64,000 nt of DNA from assembly GCA_964016885.1 (NCBI GenBank), contig OZ024740.1:276644001-276708000 (forward strand), written 5' to 3'. Below, in pieces: positions 28,883 to 41,992 of this stretch. This DNA is from Eledone cirrhosa (taxonomy: Eukaryota). The stretch's first letter is position 1; every line of letters starts with the position of its first letter. The position numbers were made by a program, and so were the translations under genes. The notes beneath the pieces are model-generated. The model did no database searches, was not told where the DNA came from, and saw only the letters and a program-made list of their open reading frames with translations.

Positions 28883-29019
28883 CACAAGACAGGGAGGAGA
28901 AACCGATAGTAATAAAAATTATCAATCTTACTAGTGCAGAACCAACACCCAACCTTATCAACTTACTCTCCAAAGGTCTTAAATTCACACCGACCCCACT
29001 ACGTCCTAACTACTATGAA

Positions 29020-31167
29020 ATGAAGGAAGACATCACAGACTTCTGTAGAAAGTTACGACTTAGTGAACAACTATTCGACCAGTACAATGAGGATGAATCA
29101 TTAGCCAGAAATAGAAGCAATTACACCCCTTCAAAAGGTAGAAATAAAATCCTGGACGAATTCTGTGAACACATCACAAACTTCCCTTACCAACACTTGC
29201 ACAGACAAAAACACAAGCCAAACCTCAACAAGAAAGAATGGGAAGAATTAAATAGATTAAAAACCGACAGAACCATTACAATTAAAGAGGCTGATAAAGG
29301 GAGTACAGTAGTCCTAATGGAGACAGAATTCTATATCAACTTAGCGCTCTCCACTTTGGAAAACGAAACATACTACGAAAAGGCTGAACACTACAATCAA
29401 CAGAAAATTATGAGAAACCTAAAAACTCTAATCAACCAATACAAAGAAGGACTCACTAACAAGGAATTCAGCTTCATCACAGACTTCACAAGTAAATCCA
29501 GCCTTTTCTACGGTATCCCTAAAGTACATAAAAGCGAATCAATCAGTAAGGCATGCAAGGAAGCCACAGACATAGTCATCAATGTCCCCTCACCCAATGA
29601 TCTCAAATTAAGACCTATAATAGCAGGCCCCGCTTGCGAAACGCACCGTCTTAGCAACTTCATTGATACCCTTCTCAAACCCTTCCTCAAGCACATCAAA
29701 AGCTATATAAGGGACGACCTAGATATGCTCAATCACCTCCCTAATATGCCACTTTCTGAACAAACCCTACTAGTGACGTTCGATGTAGTCAACCTATACT
29801 CCAACATCCCCCACAACCTAGGAATAGAAGCTATCCAATTCTGGCTGGATAACTTCCACAATGAACTCCCACAACGCATCAAAAAAGAATTCGTGATAGA
29901 GGGACTCAAATTTATCTTGGAGAACAATTACTTCGTTTTCAATAACAAACCCTACAGGCAGAAATCTGGGACCGCTATGGGAACGAAAACAGCCCCTACG
30001 TATGCCAACCTAGTCATGGGATACCTGGAAATCACCCTCTACACTAAAGTCCTAAACAAATTTGGAAACACCCTCCACTTACACATTGAAAGGAACTGGA
30101 AGCGATATCTTGATGACTGCTTCATCCTTTGGCACGAAAACATCGAAAAACTTAAAGAATTTCACACCCTTATAAATGGGCTCAACACAAATATTAACTT
30201 CACAATGGAATACAGCCAGCAACAACTCCCCTTCCTCGACATCCTCATTAAGATCCATAACAAAAAAATAGAAACAGACATATACTACAAGCCCACAGAC
30301 TCCAAGCAATACCTCCCCTTCAACTCTTGCCACCCTAGACACGTTAAAATTAATATTCCCTACAACTTAGCCAAGAGAATCTGTACTATAGTCTCCAATA
30401 AAAACATCTGCTACTTACGGCTACAAGAACTAAAGGACACACTCATAGGCAGGGACTACCCTGCATCACTAATTGACAATGGAATCCAACGTGCCCTAAA
30501 ACTCAGTACCCAGGACCTTAGACACCCTAAAGTAAATCAACCAAAACTAAAAGCTCTTCCATACATCTCCACACACAACCCCCTCAACAACGAGGCCTTT
30601 GACACCATCCTCCAGAACATCCCTGTATTGAAAAAGGACCATAGAATGAACCAAATTCTACGAACACACGATATCATAAAAAGCAAAAGACAATCCAAGT
30701 CAATGAAAAACATCTTAACACATGCCAAAGTACTGCCAACCACAACAACGAAACCCACAGTAAAAAAATGCGATAGACCCAACTGTGGCATTTGCATCAA
30801 CCTAATAGAGGGTTCGGAATTCTATTTCAAAGATGGACAACGTTTTATAGTAAAACACAATTTCACATGTGCATCGGAAAATTTAATATATGTATTAACT
30901 TGTTCAGGTTGTCGAGAACAATACATAGGCCAGACCAAAAACAGCCTCCGCCAACGCATGACTGTCCATAGATCCCAAATTAAAATACGGGAATACAGGA
31001 AAATACCACTGAGTGAACACATTGATACCTGCGCCGCCCAAAATCATCCCAACTTCAGAATCTTTCCCCTCTACAAATTTAAAGATAATGCCACCCACAC
31101 CCAGCGCATCAGCAAGGAATCTTACTTCATTAACAAATACGGACCCCGTCTAAACACTTCTCCCTAA
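29020..31167 (+). CDS. PLE reverse transcriptase + GIY-YIG endonuclease; frame open from 28813
   Basis: IKEADKG, FYGIPKVHK..RPII, FDVVNLY, QKSGTAMG, RYLDD, PFLD, IYYKPT, SCHP, Cys linker CDRPNCGIC, IYVLTCSGCREQYIGQT..RQRMTVH..EH..E..FI..P.LN. The upstream in-frame motif IINLTS..LLSKGLKFTPTP lies before the first ATG. Confidence 0.95.
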   Translation: MKEDITDFCRKLRLSEQLFDQYNEDESLARNRSNYTPSKGRNKILDEFCEHITNFPYQHLHRQKHKPNLNKKEWEELNRLKTDRTITIKEADKGSTVVLMETEFYINLALSTLENETYYEKAEHYNQQKIMRNLKTLINQYKEGLTNKEFSFITDFTSKSSLFYGIPKVHKSESISKACKEATDIVINVPSPNDLKLRPIIAGPACETHRLSNFIDTLLKPFLKHIKSYIRDDLDMLNHLPNMPLSEQTLLVTFDVVNLYSNIPHNLGIEAIQFWLDNFHNELPQRIKKEFVIEGLKFILENNYFVFNNKPYRQKSGTAMGTKTAPTYANLVMGYLEITLYTKVLNKFGNTLHLHIERNWKRYLDDCFILWHENIEKLKEFHTLINGLNTNINFTMEYSQQQLPFLDILIKIHNKKIETDIYYKPTDSKQYLPFNSCHPRHVKINIPYNLAKRICTIVSNKNICYLRLQELKDTLIGRDYPASLIDNGIQRALKLSTQDLRHPKVNQPKLKALPYISTHNPLNNEAFDTILQNIPVLKKDHRMNQILRTHDIIKSKRQSKSMKNILTHAKVLPTTTTKPTVKKCDRPNCGICINLIEGSEFYFKDGQRFIVKHNFTCASENLIYVLTCSGCREQYIGQTKNSLRQRMTVHRSQIKIREYRKIPLSEHIDTCAAQNHPNFRIFPLYKFKDNATHTQRISKESYFINKYGPRLNTSP

Positions 31168-31345
31168 GACGAACCCACAACATACACACGTCAACATACA
31201 TACCTACATCAGCACACATCTCTACCCACATATAAACACAATGACACACGTAAACACACATGCTCTATGGTGCAATACAAAAAAATATATGTGCATATAT
31301 ATGTATGTATATATGTATATATGTATATATATGTATGTAGTGAAA

Positions 31346-31383
<38 letters not shown>

Positions 31384-31599
31384 ATATATGTGTATATAGT
31401 GAATATCATTTCACACCTTTTATTGTTAAGATTGTTGATGTTCTATTAAGAGAACCGATTTTACTGAAAAAATCGAATAATGTACACCATTTTACCAGGG
31501 GGGGAAAAAAATACTGGTCCACCCACACACGCACACACACACACACACACATATATACACAGACACATACACACGCGTACATCAACATACAAAGAGACT

Positions 31600-31634
<35 letters not shown>

Positions 31635-31804
31635 TTCTCCGTATAAGACAAAAGCTGAAAAATATCTTTTGACCTTCGAATGACTCTGCTGTGTGTATGT
31701 ACGCACACACACACACACACACACACACACTTATCTTAATAGCCATTTGACACACATCGCTGGTGGCTATTGTCGCAGCATCGAATACCTTACTACTACT
31801 ACTA

Positions 31805-31858
<54 letters not shown>

Positions 31859-32181
31859 TTGTTGTGAAAGAGTCATTTCTCAATCTTGGCGCAAAACCAA
31901 TTTTTTATCCACATGACCTCTACCGACCAATCAAAATTGTTTTGACCATAATCTTTGCTGGAGCCACTTTTCTAACATTTTAACATAAAAACAGTCTTGG
32001 CGCAAAATCAACTTTTTACATTCACATGACCTCTACCGACCAATCAAAATTGTTTTGACCACAAGCATTTTTACAACACAAAAATAACGCTGGAGCCATT
32101 TTTTTAACATAAAAACAGGTAGAATTCCCAAAACTAATCAGATCAGAGCAAACAGCACGGACACTCTATCTCAAAATTATT

Positions 32182-32213
32182 TTTGAAAAGCATTTAGAAA
32201 TGCGCAACCGGTA
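32182..32213 (+). ncRNA. Variant hammerhead-like motif in the PLE-1 terminal repeat
   Basis: UUGAAAA-GCAUUU(AG)AAAUGC-GCAA-CCGG-UA, mirrored at about 28187-28218. Confidence 0.5.
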
Positions 32214-32373
32214 AAAACTTAAAAACTTAAAACCACAACTGAATACTAACCCATACAATCACTAATACTCTTTTATTCCTAATTAAACCATTTTTCAACT
32301 GTGAACAATTTGTCAGCATTTTCTATTCCGTTTACCAATATATAATAACTTGTGTGTTACACCTCTATTCTTT

Positions 32374-32421
<48 letters not shown>

Positions 32422-32491
32422 ATGTGTGTGTGTGTATCTCTCCACCACTCCCCTACACACCCTTTGAACTCTGTTCCCACACACTTCTCAC

Positions 32492-32520
32492 CCGAGGAAG
32501 GGCTTATGCCCGAAACGTTG
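32492..32520 (+). ncRNA. Minimal hammerhead motif in a short (TA)n-flanked insert (about 32435-32612)
   Basis: CCGAGGA-A-GGGC(UUAU)GCCC-GAAA-CG-UU, with AAUAAA downstream. Confidence 0.65.
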
Positions 32521-32609
32521 TTCCCCACCAACACCGCACTCTCCAGAGCGTGAAATTAATAAACATTCGTTGTACTGCCTCTCTGTTTTGTTCCTGTTCA
32601 AATTTTTCC

Positions 32610-32659
<50 letters not shown>

Positions 32660-32681
32660 TATATATATATATATAAATGAA

Positions 32682-32887
32682 TAAACAACACAATATAATT
32701 ATTCCATTACTCAAGGTTTCACGAAGTTAGACGATTCTAACAGGAACGTCTGTTTCGTTCAATTTGTAATAGATTTTAATTTCATATCCTATATCCATAA
32801 CATCGATGAACGAAACAGACGTTTCTGTTAGAATCGTCTAACTTCGTGAAACCTTGGGTAATGGAATAATTATATTGTGTTGTTTAC
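32682..32887. mobile_element. Fold-back insert between (TA)n tracts
   Basis: About 80-bp inverted arms (32682-32761 and 32807-32887) with partial GAAAC..GUH motifs. Confidence 0.65.
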
Positions 32888-32893
32888 TACTTA

Positions 32894-32950
<57 letters not shown>

Positions 32951-32953
<3 letters not shown>

Positions 32954-33995
32954 TGGAATTAATGCTCTGAAATAGCGATATATATGTGAATATAGACATA
33001 GAATATTCGAAAATATTCTGTATGTTTATAATAAACATTTTGAAGACCTAATCGCTATAGAATAGAATACGTCACGTATTACAATTAGATTCTCGATAAA
33101 AGCAAGGGAAGTAATCTACGCGTTTCATTCTTGTTAGAAATCTTCAGGACTACATATCCAGTGCTTTTATCGAGAATGACACAGCTAGAGACTTATAGAA
33201 TACTTAGCTGTGTACAGGAACTGGTTTGAAAGAGCGGTTGCCGGTCCGGCAGAAATTAGAAATTGGAATTAATGCTCTGAAATAGCGATATATATGTGAA
33301 TATAGACATAGAATATTCGAAAATATTCTGTATGTTTATAATAAACATTTTGAAGACCTAATCGCTATAGAATAGAATACGTCACGTATTACAATTAGAT
33401 TCTCGATAAAAGCAAGGGAAGTAATCTACGCGTTTCATTCTTGTTAGAAATCTTCAGGACTACATATCCAGTGCTTTTATCTAGCTGTGTCATTCTCGAT
33501 AAAAGCACTGGATATGTAGTCCTGAAGATTTCTAACAAGAATGAAACGCGTAGATTACTTCCCTTGCTTTTATCGAGAATCTAATTGTAATACGTGACGT
33601 ATTCTATTCTATAGCGATTAGGTCTTCAAAATGTTTATTATAAACATACAGAATATTTTCGAATATTCTATGTCTATATTCACATATATATCGCTATTTC
33701 AGAGCATTAATTCCAATTTCTAATTTCTGCCGGACCGGCAACCGCTCTTTCAAACCAGTTCCTGTACACAGCTAAGTATTCTATAAGTCTCTAGCTGTGT
33801 CATTCTCGATAAAAGCACTGGATATGTAGTCCTGAAGATTTCTAACAAGAATGAAACGCGTAGATTACTTCCCTTGCTTTTATCGAGAATCTAATTGTAA
33901 TACGTGACGTATTCTATTCTATAGCGATTAGGTCTTCAAAATGTTTATTATAAACATACAGAATATTTTCGAATATTCTATGTCTATATTCACAT
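32951..33995. mobile_element. Retrozyme-like 310-bp tandem repeat, present as an inverted pair of partial dimers (4 HHRs)
   Basis: Period 310 in both arms. HHR GUAGUC-CUGAAGA-U-UUCU(AACA)AGAA-U-GAAA-CGCG-UA-GAUUAC at 33516-33558 and 33826-33868 (+), 33111-33153 and 33421-33463 (-). No ORF. Confidence 0.8.
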
Positions 33996-34015
33996 ATATA
34001 TATATATATATATAA

Positions 34016-34511
34016 ATAATGCAAGGATGTGTATTGAATAAGTCCGTTGATTTGCAGTGGAAACTGGAAAAACTAACGTTCTGGGAAGTAATCTGACGTT
34101 TCGAGAAACTTTACATTCGTAGAAGTGTTATCGCCTTCATCGCGAGAGTTTTCACGAATTCAGTATTTGATTATATATAAAACAATAGAAAACAAAAAGA
34201 AAAACAACTTTGTAGCTAATACATGGATACACTAAGTTTATTAAAACACGCAAGCACATAAGCACACACGAACACCCACACGCACACATATACACGCTCA
34301 CATACACACAACACTATAGTAAATCAGTCAATGAAAATTACTAACCCATACTATGTTCGTATAAGATCTATTGAGACAGTTAGCGTGATCATTTCACTTG
34401 TTCTCTCTACCAATATTGTAACCGACAGAACAAAATTATCTAAGAATGAAAACATTTTATGGCGGCACAGCGCTGCTTCAAGCAGCCGACATCAATTCTA
34501 ATATTCCACAT
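34016..34511. repeat. Right arm of the 497-bp inverted duplication
   Basis: Reverse complement of 27524-28020. Confidence 0.9.
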
Positions 34512-34772
34512 GTTGGTGCTGTTGTTGTTAACGTCGTCGTCATCGTATGTTTGAAGAGAGGTAGGTGGAAAGTAAAAGGGAGAGAGAGGAATAAGACAGA
34601 ATGAAAAAGGACATGAAATTTCCGAAATAGAGATTCTCATTCACTTCATTTTCTTCCAAAAAGTTTTGTTAAAGTGAAACGAAATTGTTGCTTTTTCTTT
34701 TGTTGTTGTTGCATGTTTTCAGTAGATGTATTCTTACATAAATACCTATACATGCACGCACACATAACTCTC

Positions 34773-34862
<90 letters not shown>

Positions 34863-34959
34863 AGAGAGAGAGAGATTTATGTGTGTATGCCATTATATGT
34901 ACATACACACATATGAATATATATAAATATAAATAAATATATATATATATAAATATATA

Positions 34960-35020
<61 letters not shown>

Positions 35021-35024
35021 GATA

Positions 35025-35403
<379 letters not shown>

Positions 35404-35480
35404 AGTATATATATGTATATATAAACATGAAGTCAACAGGTTATAATAATTCACTTCATTCATAATCGCTGTTATCTGTA

Positions 35481-36047
<567 letters not shown>

Positions 36048-36637
36048 ATCCCTCTCTCTCCCTCTCTCTCCCTCTCTCTCTCTCCCATCTCGCTCTCAGT
36101 CCGTCTGACTCCATCTCTCCACCTCCCTCTCCCTCCCCCTCCGCCTCTTCCTCCCCTCTTTCCTTCTATCTCCCTCCCTCCCTCCTCCCCTCTCCCTCAT
36201 TCTCTCACTTCTCACTCTCCCTTTTCCTCTCTCCCTCTATCGCTCGTCCTCTCCCCCCGTCTCTCTCTCTTCTCCCTCCTCTCTCTCTCACACACACTCG
36301 GGTGTAAAGTAATTTACATTTCCAAGTACACTCACACATTTGCACATGTTGAGTGATATAGACATAAACCCCCAAGTACACACTCATTTCCGTTCATATA
36401 CAGAATATATTTTATGCACACACACACACACACCTATATAGTAGAATCCGGAATTGTATTAAGGGTAACCTCAGTGAAAGAGGTACTCAATACATTGATA
36501 GAGTATAGGCATCTTTATATTTATATATATATATATATATATGTAGGAGGTGAGTTTTGTTGTAGTACAATAAACCATATGTTGATTTAAAACTTCACTA
36601 TTCACAAGTGTTTTTTAACCTTCATATCATGTATCCC

Positions 36638-36708
36638 TATTTTATCTGACGAAAACGCTAATGTCATCTCATGATGATATTTGTTTTTGAAATGCGCATA
36701 ATAAAATA
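36638..36708 (+). ncRNA. Hammerhead-like motif, family F-related
   Basis: UAUUUUAU-CUGACGA-AAAC..AAUGUCAUC(UCAU)GAUGAUAUU..GUUUUU-GAAA-UGCGCA-UA-AUAAAAUA. Confidence 0.65.
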
Positions 36709-36738
36709 CTTGGAACTCTTTTAACCATCTTTTGATCT

Positions 36739-36817
<79 letters not shown>

Positions 36818-36821
<4 letters not shown>

Positions 36822-37031
36822 GAAGGAAATGTGGTAAGGAACCAGATGGACCATAACGCACAAAAGTACTCAATACTTAGGGTAGTAGAGTGGTTAATAG
36901 GAACAAGTTGGACCCCGACGGCTGAGCTCAAGCTGCCTCGACGGCTAATTCTGGACTTTTTTTTTTTATTATTCCAGAATTAGCTGTCGAGGCGGCTTGA
37001 GCTCAGCCGTCGGGGTCCTACTTGTTCCTAT
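36818..37031. mobile_element. Family B insert with terminal fold-back
   Basis: Matches 2102-2241. Arms at about 36897-36955 and 36973-37031. Confidence 0.7.
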
Positions 37032-37570
37032 ATATATATATATTGAAAGGGTCCGTCAAGCTGCGGATTGTAGAGTCGGGTAAGATCGATACAGATCGAA
37101 CCTTGAGCTGATCAGTGGCGAAACGCGCGTCACCTACCAATAAATGCAATGAAGGAGTAACCAATCGTCCTTGTTATCTTTTCACTATAATACACTCTGT
37201 ATAGCTCTACACCTCAACACAGAAGTGAACCTAAACATCGAGTGCTCACCCGGGTGAACCTACTGTAACTCCAAGTTACACTCCCTAGATATATATATAT
37301 ATAAATGACTTCTACAAGACTAGAACTGTTTCATTCGTATGAAACAGTTCTATTATATATGTCATTTCTCTCTCCCTCCCTCTCCCCCTCTCTTCTCTCT
37401 CTCTCTCTCTCTCTCTCGCTCTCTTTATATATATATACATGTGTGTGTGTGTCAATGTAAATTGCACTCAATAGAATGGTTATAGAGTTGATCTATGATA
37501 TCTTACACGCACACACATGTGTATATATGTATAAATATATATGCGTACATAATTACACACACACACACAC

Positions 37571-37585
37571 ATGTATGTATGTATG

Positions 37586-37617
<32 letters not shown>

Positions 37618-38075
37618 CATGTATGTATGTATGCATGCATGCATGTATGTATGTATGCATGTATGTATGCATGCGTGTATGTATGCATGTATGTATGTAT
37701 GTATGTATGTATGTATGTATGTATGCATGCATGTATGTATGCATGCATGTATGTATGTATGTATGTATGTATGTATGTATGTATGTATGTATGTATGTAT
37801 GTATGTATGTATGCATGCATGTATGTATGCATGCATGTATGTATGCATGCATGTATGTATGCATGTATGTATGTATGTATGTATGTATGTATGTATGTAT
37901 GTATGCATGCATGTATGTATGTATGCATGTATGTATGCATGTATGTATGTATGCATGTATGTATGTATGCATGCATGTATGTATGTATGCATTCATGTAT
38001 GTATGCATGTATTTATGTATGCATGTATGTATGTATATATGCATGCATGTATGTATGCATGAATGTATGCATGTA
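37571..38075. repeat. (ATGT)/(ATGC) tetranucleotide array
   Basis: Direct reading. Source of the MYVC/HTYI pseudo-ORFs. Confidence 0.95.
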
Positions 38076-38868
38076 TGTCTGCATCTATATACCCTTTGCA
38101 TTCACTGAGTCAATTTGTTTCTCAAATGAAGAAACATGTTTAAACACTGTCTTAGGAATAGGACAATCAAGATTTAATATAAAACACACACATTTCCACA
38201 CATCAGGAGAAACGACACGCAGCCATATTAAGATTTAAAACATCCAGAGGCAAACCAAACTAAGTAAAGATATAAATGAGAACTTTATTGTAACCTTTAT
38301 TGTAACTTACAATCAGCAAGCAACATTGTAGAGAATGTTTATACAGGATTCGTAAGCTTTCAAATCGTATTCTAAGCAATTCAAAGAAATTTCCTATATA
38401 ACGACTCAGTACCTTCACCCTACCTCTCATATCAACTGTCTCCTTCTCTCATTCTTTCTCCAACCCATTCCCTATATCTGAATTATATATGCACACGTAG
38501 ATGGATACGAACACATATAATGCTTACACTTAGTGAAATGCAGGAATAGAAATCACATTCATACACATGCAGCGATAGGTTCATGTACCTACCTGCACAT
38601 ACACACACACACACATACATACATATACATACATATACATACATAGACAGCACATACTTGCGCGCACACACACACACACACACACACAGATTGCCGTCAA
38701 ATTATCCGATCTTAGGCAGGAAAAAAATTCGTACTTGGTACTAATCCTCTATGAAGGAGACAGATTGTGCCACAACTGATCAAAGTATGTCTGAGAAAAC
38801 TCCCAGCACCGCCAATAACTCAATACTTCCCTCTCCCTTTCATTTAGAAACTTTATATATATATATAT

Positions 38869-39074
<206 letters not shown>

Positions 39075-39221
39075 TATATACATATACATATACATAAATA
39101 TATATATATATATGCATATATATATCTTTACATATATATATATATATATATACATATATATATACATATATATACTGTATATATATATATACACACACAC
39201 ATATATATATATATGTATATA

Positions 39222-39287
<66 letters not shown>

Positions 39288-39375
39288 CATGTATATATAT
39301 ATATATATACAGTATATATATGTATATATATATATATGAATATATATATATATATACAGTATATCTATATATATA

Positions 39376-39449
<74 letters not shown>

Positions 39450-39521
39450 ATATATATATTTATATAAACTACATATTTTACACATTTCACAATGCTTCAA
39501 GCAAATTTTAACACCCTCATA

Positions 39522-39562
<41 letters not shown>

Positions 39563-39565
<3 letters not shown>

Positions 39566-40060
39566 ATCTGAGTTTTTGGAATATTAATAATAACATTCGA
39601 TTAGTTTGCAATTATGCAAACAAGCCTCATTTTTAAAGCCATGTCAGTAGAATGAACCCTTCATTCTTGCTCTTGTGTTGGCATGTAAACAGAACTGCAG
39701 ACACCAATGTTTCTGGGTATGACCCTTCATCAGTACACCTCACTGTTTACCTGCCAACTGTCCGAGCTAGTGAAAATATATGCTATTTTCTAAAACTGAG
39801 GCTTCTTTGAATAATTGCAAACGAATCGAATATTATTATTAATGCGGTGGATTGGCAGTATCGGTAGAGGGTCGGGCGCCATGCTTTGAAGCATAGAGTT
39901 ACCTCCCTTTATGATCTGAGTTCAAATCCCGCCGAGGTTAACTTTGCCTTTCATCCTTACGGGGTCGATAAAATAAAGTACCAGTAATGCACTGGGATAA
40001 TTGCTGGCCTCGTGCCAAAAGTAGAAACAATTATTAATATTCGAAAAACTCAGATTACAT
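39563..40060. mobile_element. Old fold-back HHR insert whose right arm is interrupted by a SINE
   Basis: Arm 39563-39635 pairs with 39792-39843 plus 40039-40059. HHR core at 39706-39733 (-). Confidence 0.65.
39844..40029 (+). mobile_element. tRNA-derived SINE with Nin/Deu-like domain
   Basis: A box TGGCAGTATCGG, B box GAGTTCAAATCC, domain GCCTTTCATCCTTACGGGGTCGATAAAATAAAGTACCAG, TSD ATTATTAAT. Confidence 0.9.
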
Positions 40061-40104
40061 TTATTGTATTCAGCCATGTAGAGCAACATTTAAAAAAAAT
40101 TTAT

Positions 40105-40135
<31 letters not shown>

Positions 40136-40313
40136 AATAAAGGACCGATGATTTCCCCAAAGCCGGTCCAATGCGGATGACAAATAAAACAAAACAAAGT
40201 AATGTTTTACCCAATGTATTTCAAAATATTTCATATCGTACGTTTTGTTTTGAACTGTTTCAGCTCCATGTTTGAAAAGGGGTTTTAACATTGAAATATC
40301 ATTTCGAATTACA

Positions 40314-41892
40314 TAGAGGGTCGGACGCCATGGCAGTATCGGTAGAGCGTCGGACGCCATGCTATGCCTCATAGAGTTACGCCTCTTTACGGTCTGAGTT
40401 CAAATCCCGCCGAGGTTGACTTTGCCTTTCATCCTTATGGGGTCGATAAAATAAAGTACCAGTAATGAACTGGGTTATTGCTGGCCTTGTGCCTAAAGTA
40501 GAAACAAATATATAAAACAATACTTTGCCATTTTTCCTGTGTGGCGCAGCCGAAACACCTCTCTGACTTAGGTGTATAGTCTGTCACTCTCTCCCTCTTT
40601 CTTTTGTTGCTTAACAATACTCAACCTTTCCCTCCTTTTGCTCTCTTTTTTGTTTTGTTGTTGTTGTTTCTATTAACTCCACCTATCAACATTGGACTAT
40701 TTTCTTTTTTATTATGTATGTATCATTATATAAATTGTTTATCATGCTCATCGTACAAGTGTTGACATGTTTATAATAAAGAATATAGATTTCAAAGATA
40801 ACCTCCCATAGGACTTCACCTTCAGTAATGCCTGTGTGGAATTTATACCATCTCAAACATAAAATTCTTCAGAAAAAATAAAATTTCGAAACAAATCATA
40901 TATTTATTAGTTCTCGATAATCTTCTCCAAAAATTATACTTTTCAAAAATTACGTGCAATTCTCATAAGTATTGCTCATAATAATGGTTTCTTATATAGG
41001 CACAAGGCTAGCAATTTTGGGGGAGGGAAAAGTCGATTTAATCGACTCCAGTCCGTTGCTGGTACTTTATTTTATCCACGTAAGAATGAAAGGCAAAGTT
41101 AACCTCGGCGGGATTTGAATTCTGAACGTAAATGGACTCAATTATATGCTGCAAAGCATGTCTGACGTTCTACAGATACCGCCCTTGTACTGTTCATAAT
41201 TGTTTCTACTTTAGGCACAAGGCCAGCAATTACCCAGTGCATTACTGGTACTTTATTTTATCGACCCCGTAAAGATGAAAGGCAAAGTCAACCTCGGCGG
41301 GATTTGAACTCAAATCGTAAAGGGACGTAACTATGCTGGAAAGCATGGCTTCCGACCCTCTACCGATACTGCCAATCCACCGCCCTTGTACTGTTCATAA
41401 TAATCATAATTATGACTTTGCCTTTCATCGTTACGGGGTCGATAAAATAAAGTACCAGTAATGCACTGGGTATTTGCTGGCCTTGTGCCTAAAGTAGAAA
41501 CAATTATTTCCTTTATAGGCACACAGCTAGAAATGTACTGTACTCCCTTACCACCCCTTAAACGAATGATGACTTGATGTTCTTGTTATTGTTAGTTATA
41601 TAATTTACTACAAAACAATAAATTACAGTAAAATTTACATTCTCTATTTTACGTTTACATTATGAACACAGAACGAGGGTGGTGGATTGGCAGTATCGGT
41701 AAAGAGCCGGACAACATGCTTTTCAGCATAGAGTTATGGCCCTTTATGATCTGAGTTCAAATCCCGCGGAGATTAACTTAACCTTTCATCCTTACGGGAT
41801 CGATTAAATAAATTACCAGTCACACACTGGGTCGATTTAATCGACTTTACCCTCCCCAAAATATTGCTGGCCTTGTGCCTATATAAGAAACC
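40314..41892. mobile_element. Cluster of five more copies of the same SINE: 40314-40507 (+), 40986-41184 (-), 41201-41385 (-), 41415-41503 (+, partial), 41677-41892 (+)
   Basis: Shared consensus. The copy at 41201-41385 is flanked by the duplication TTGTACTGTTCATAAT. Confidence 0.9.
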
Positions 41893-41992
41893 ATTATGAA
41901 CACAAACGGACAAAACAAAACTCAATATAACTATCACACACACGCACACACACACACACACACAAACGCACACACACACACATATATATATA

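Larger units (their letters stand above)
28061..32339 (+). mobile_element. Penelope-like retroelement PLE-1 (Neptune-like), 5'-truncated with inverted 3'-end copy
   Basis: RT + GIY-YIG ORF. 28061-28653 is the reverse complement of 31747-32339. TA-rich sequence at both ends. Confidence 0.95.

Noticed and set aside
29020-31167. Naiad assignment or selenocysteine recoding for PLE-1 and PLE-2
   Set aside because: The endonuclease is C-terminal, whereas Naiads have it N-terminal. No in-frame TGA interrupts the ORFs.
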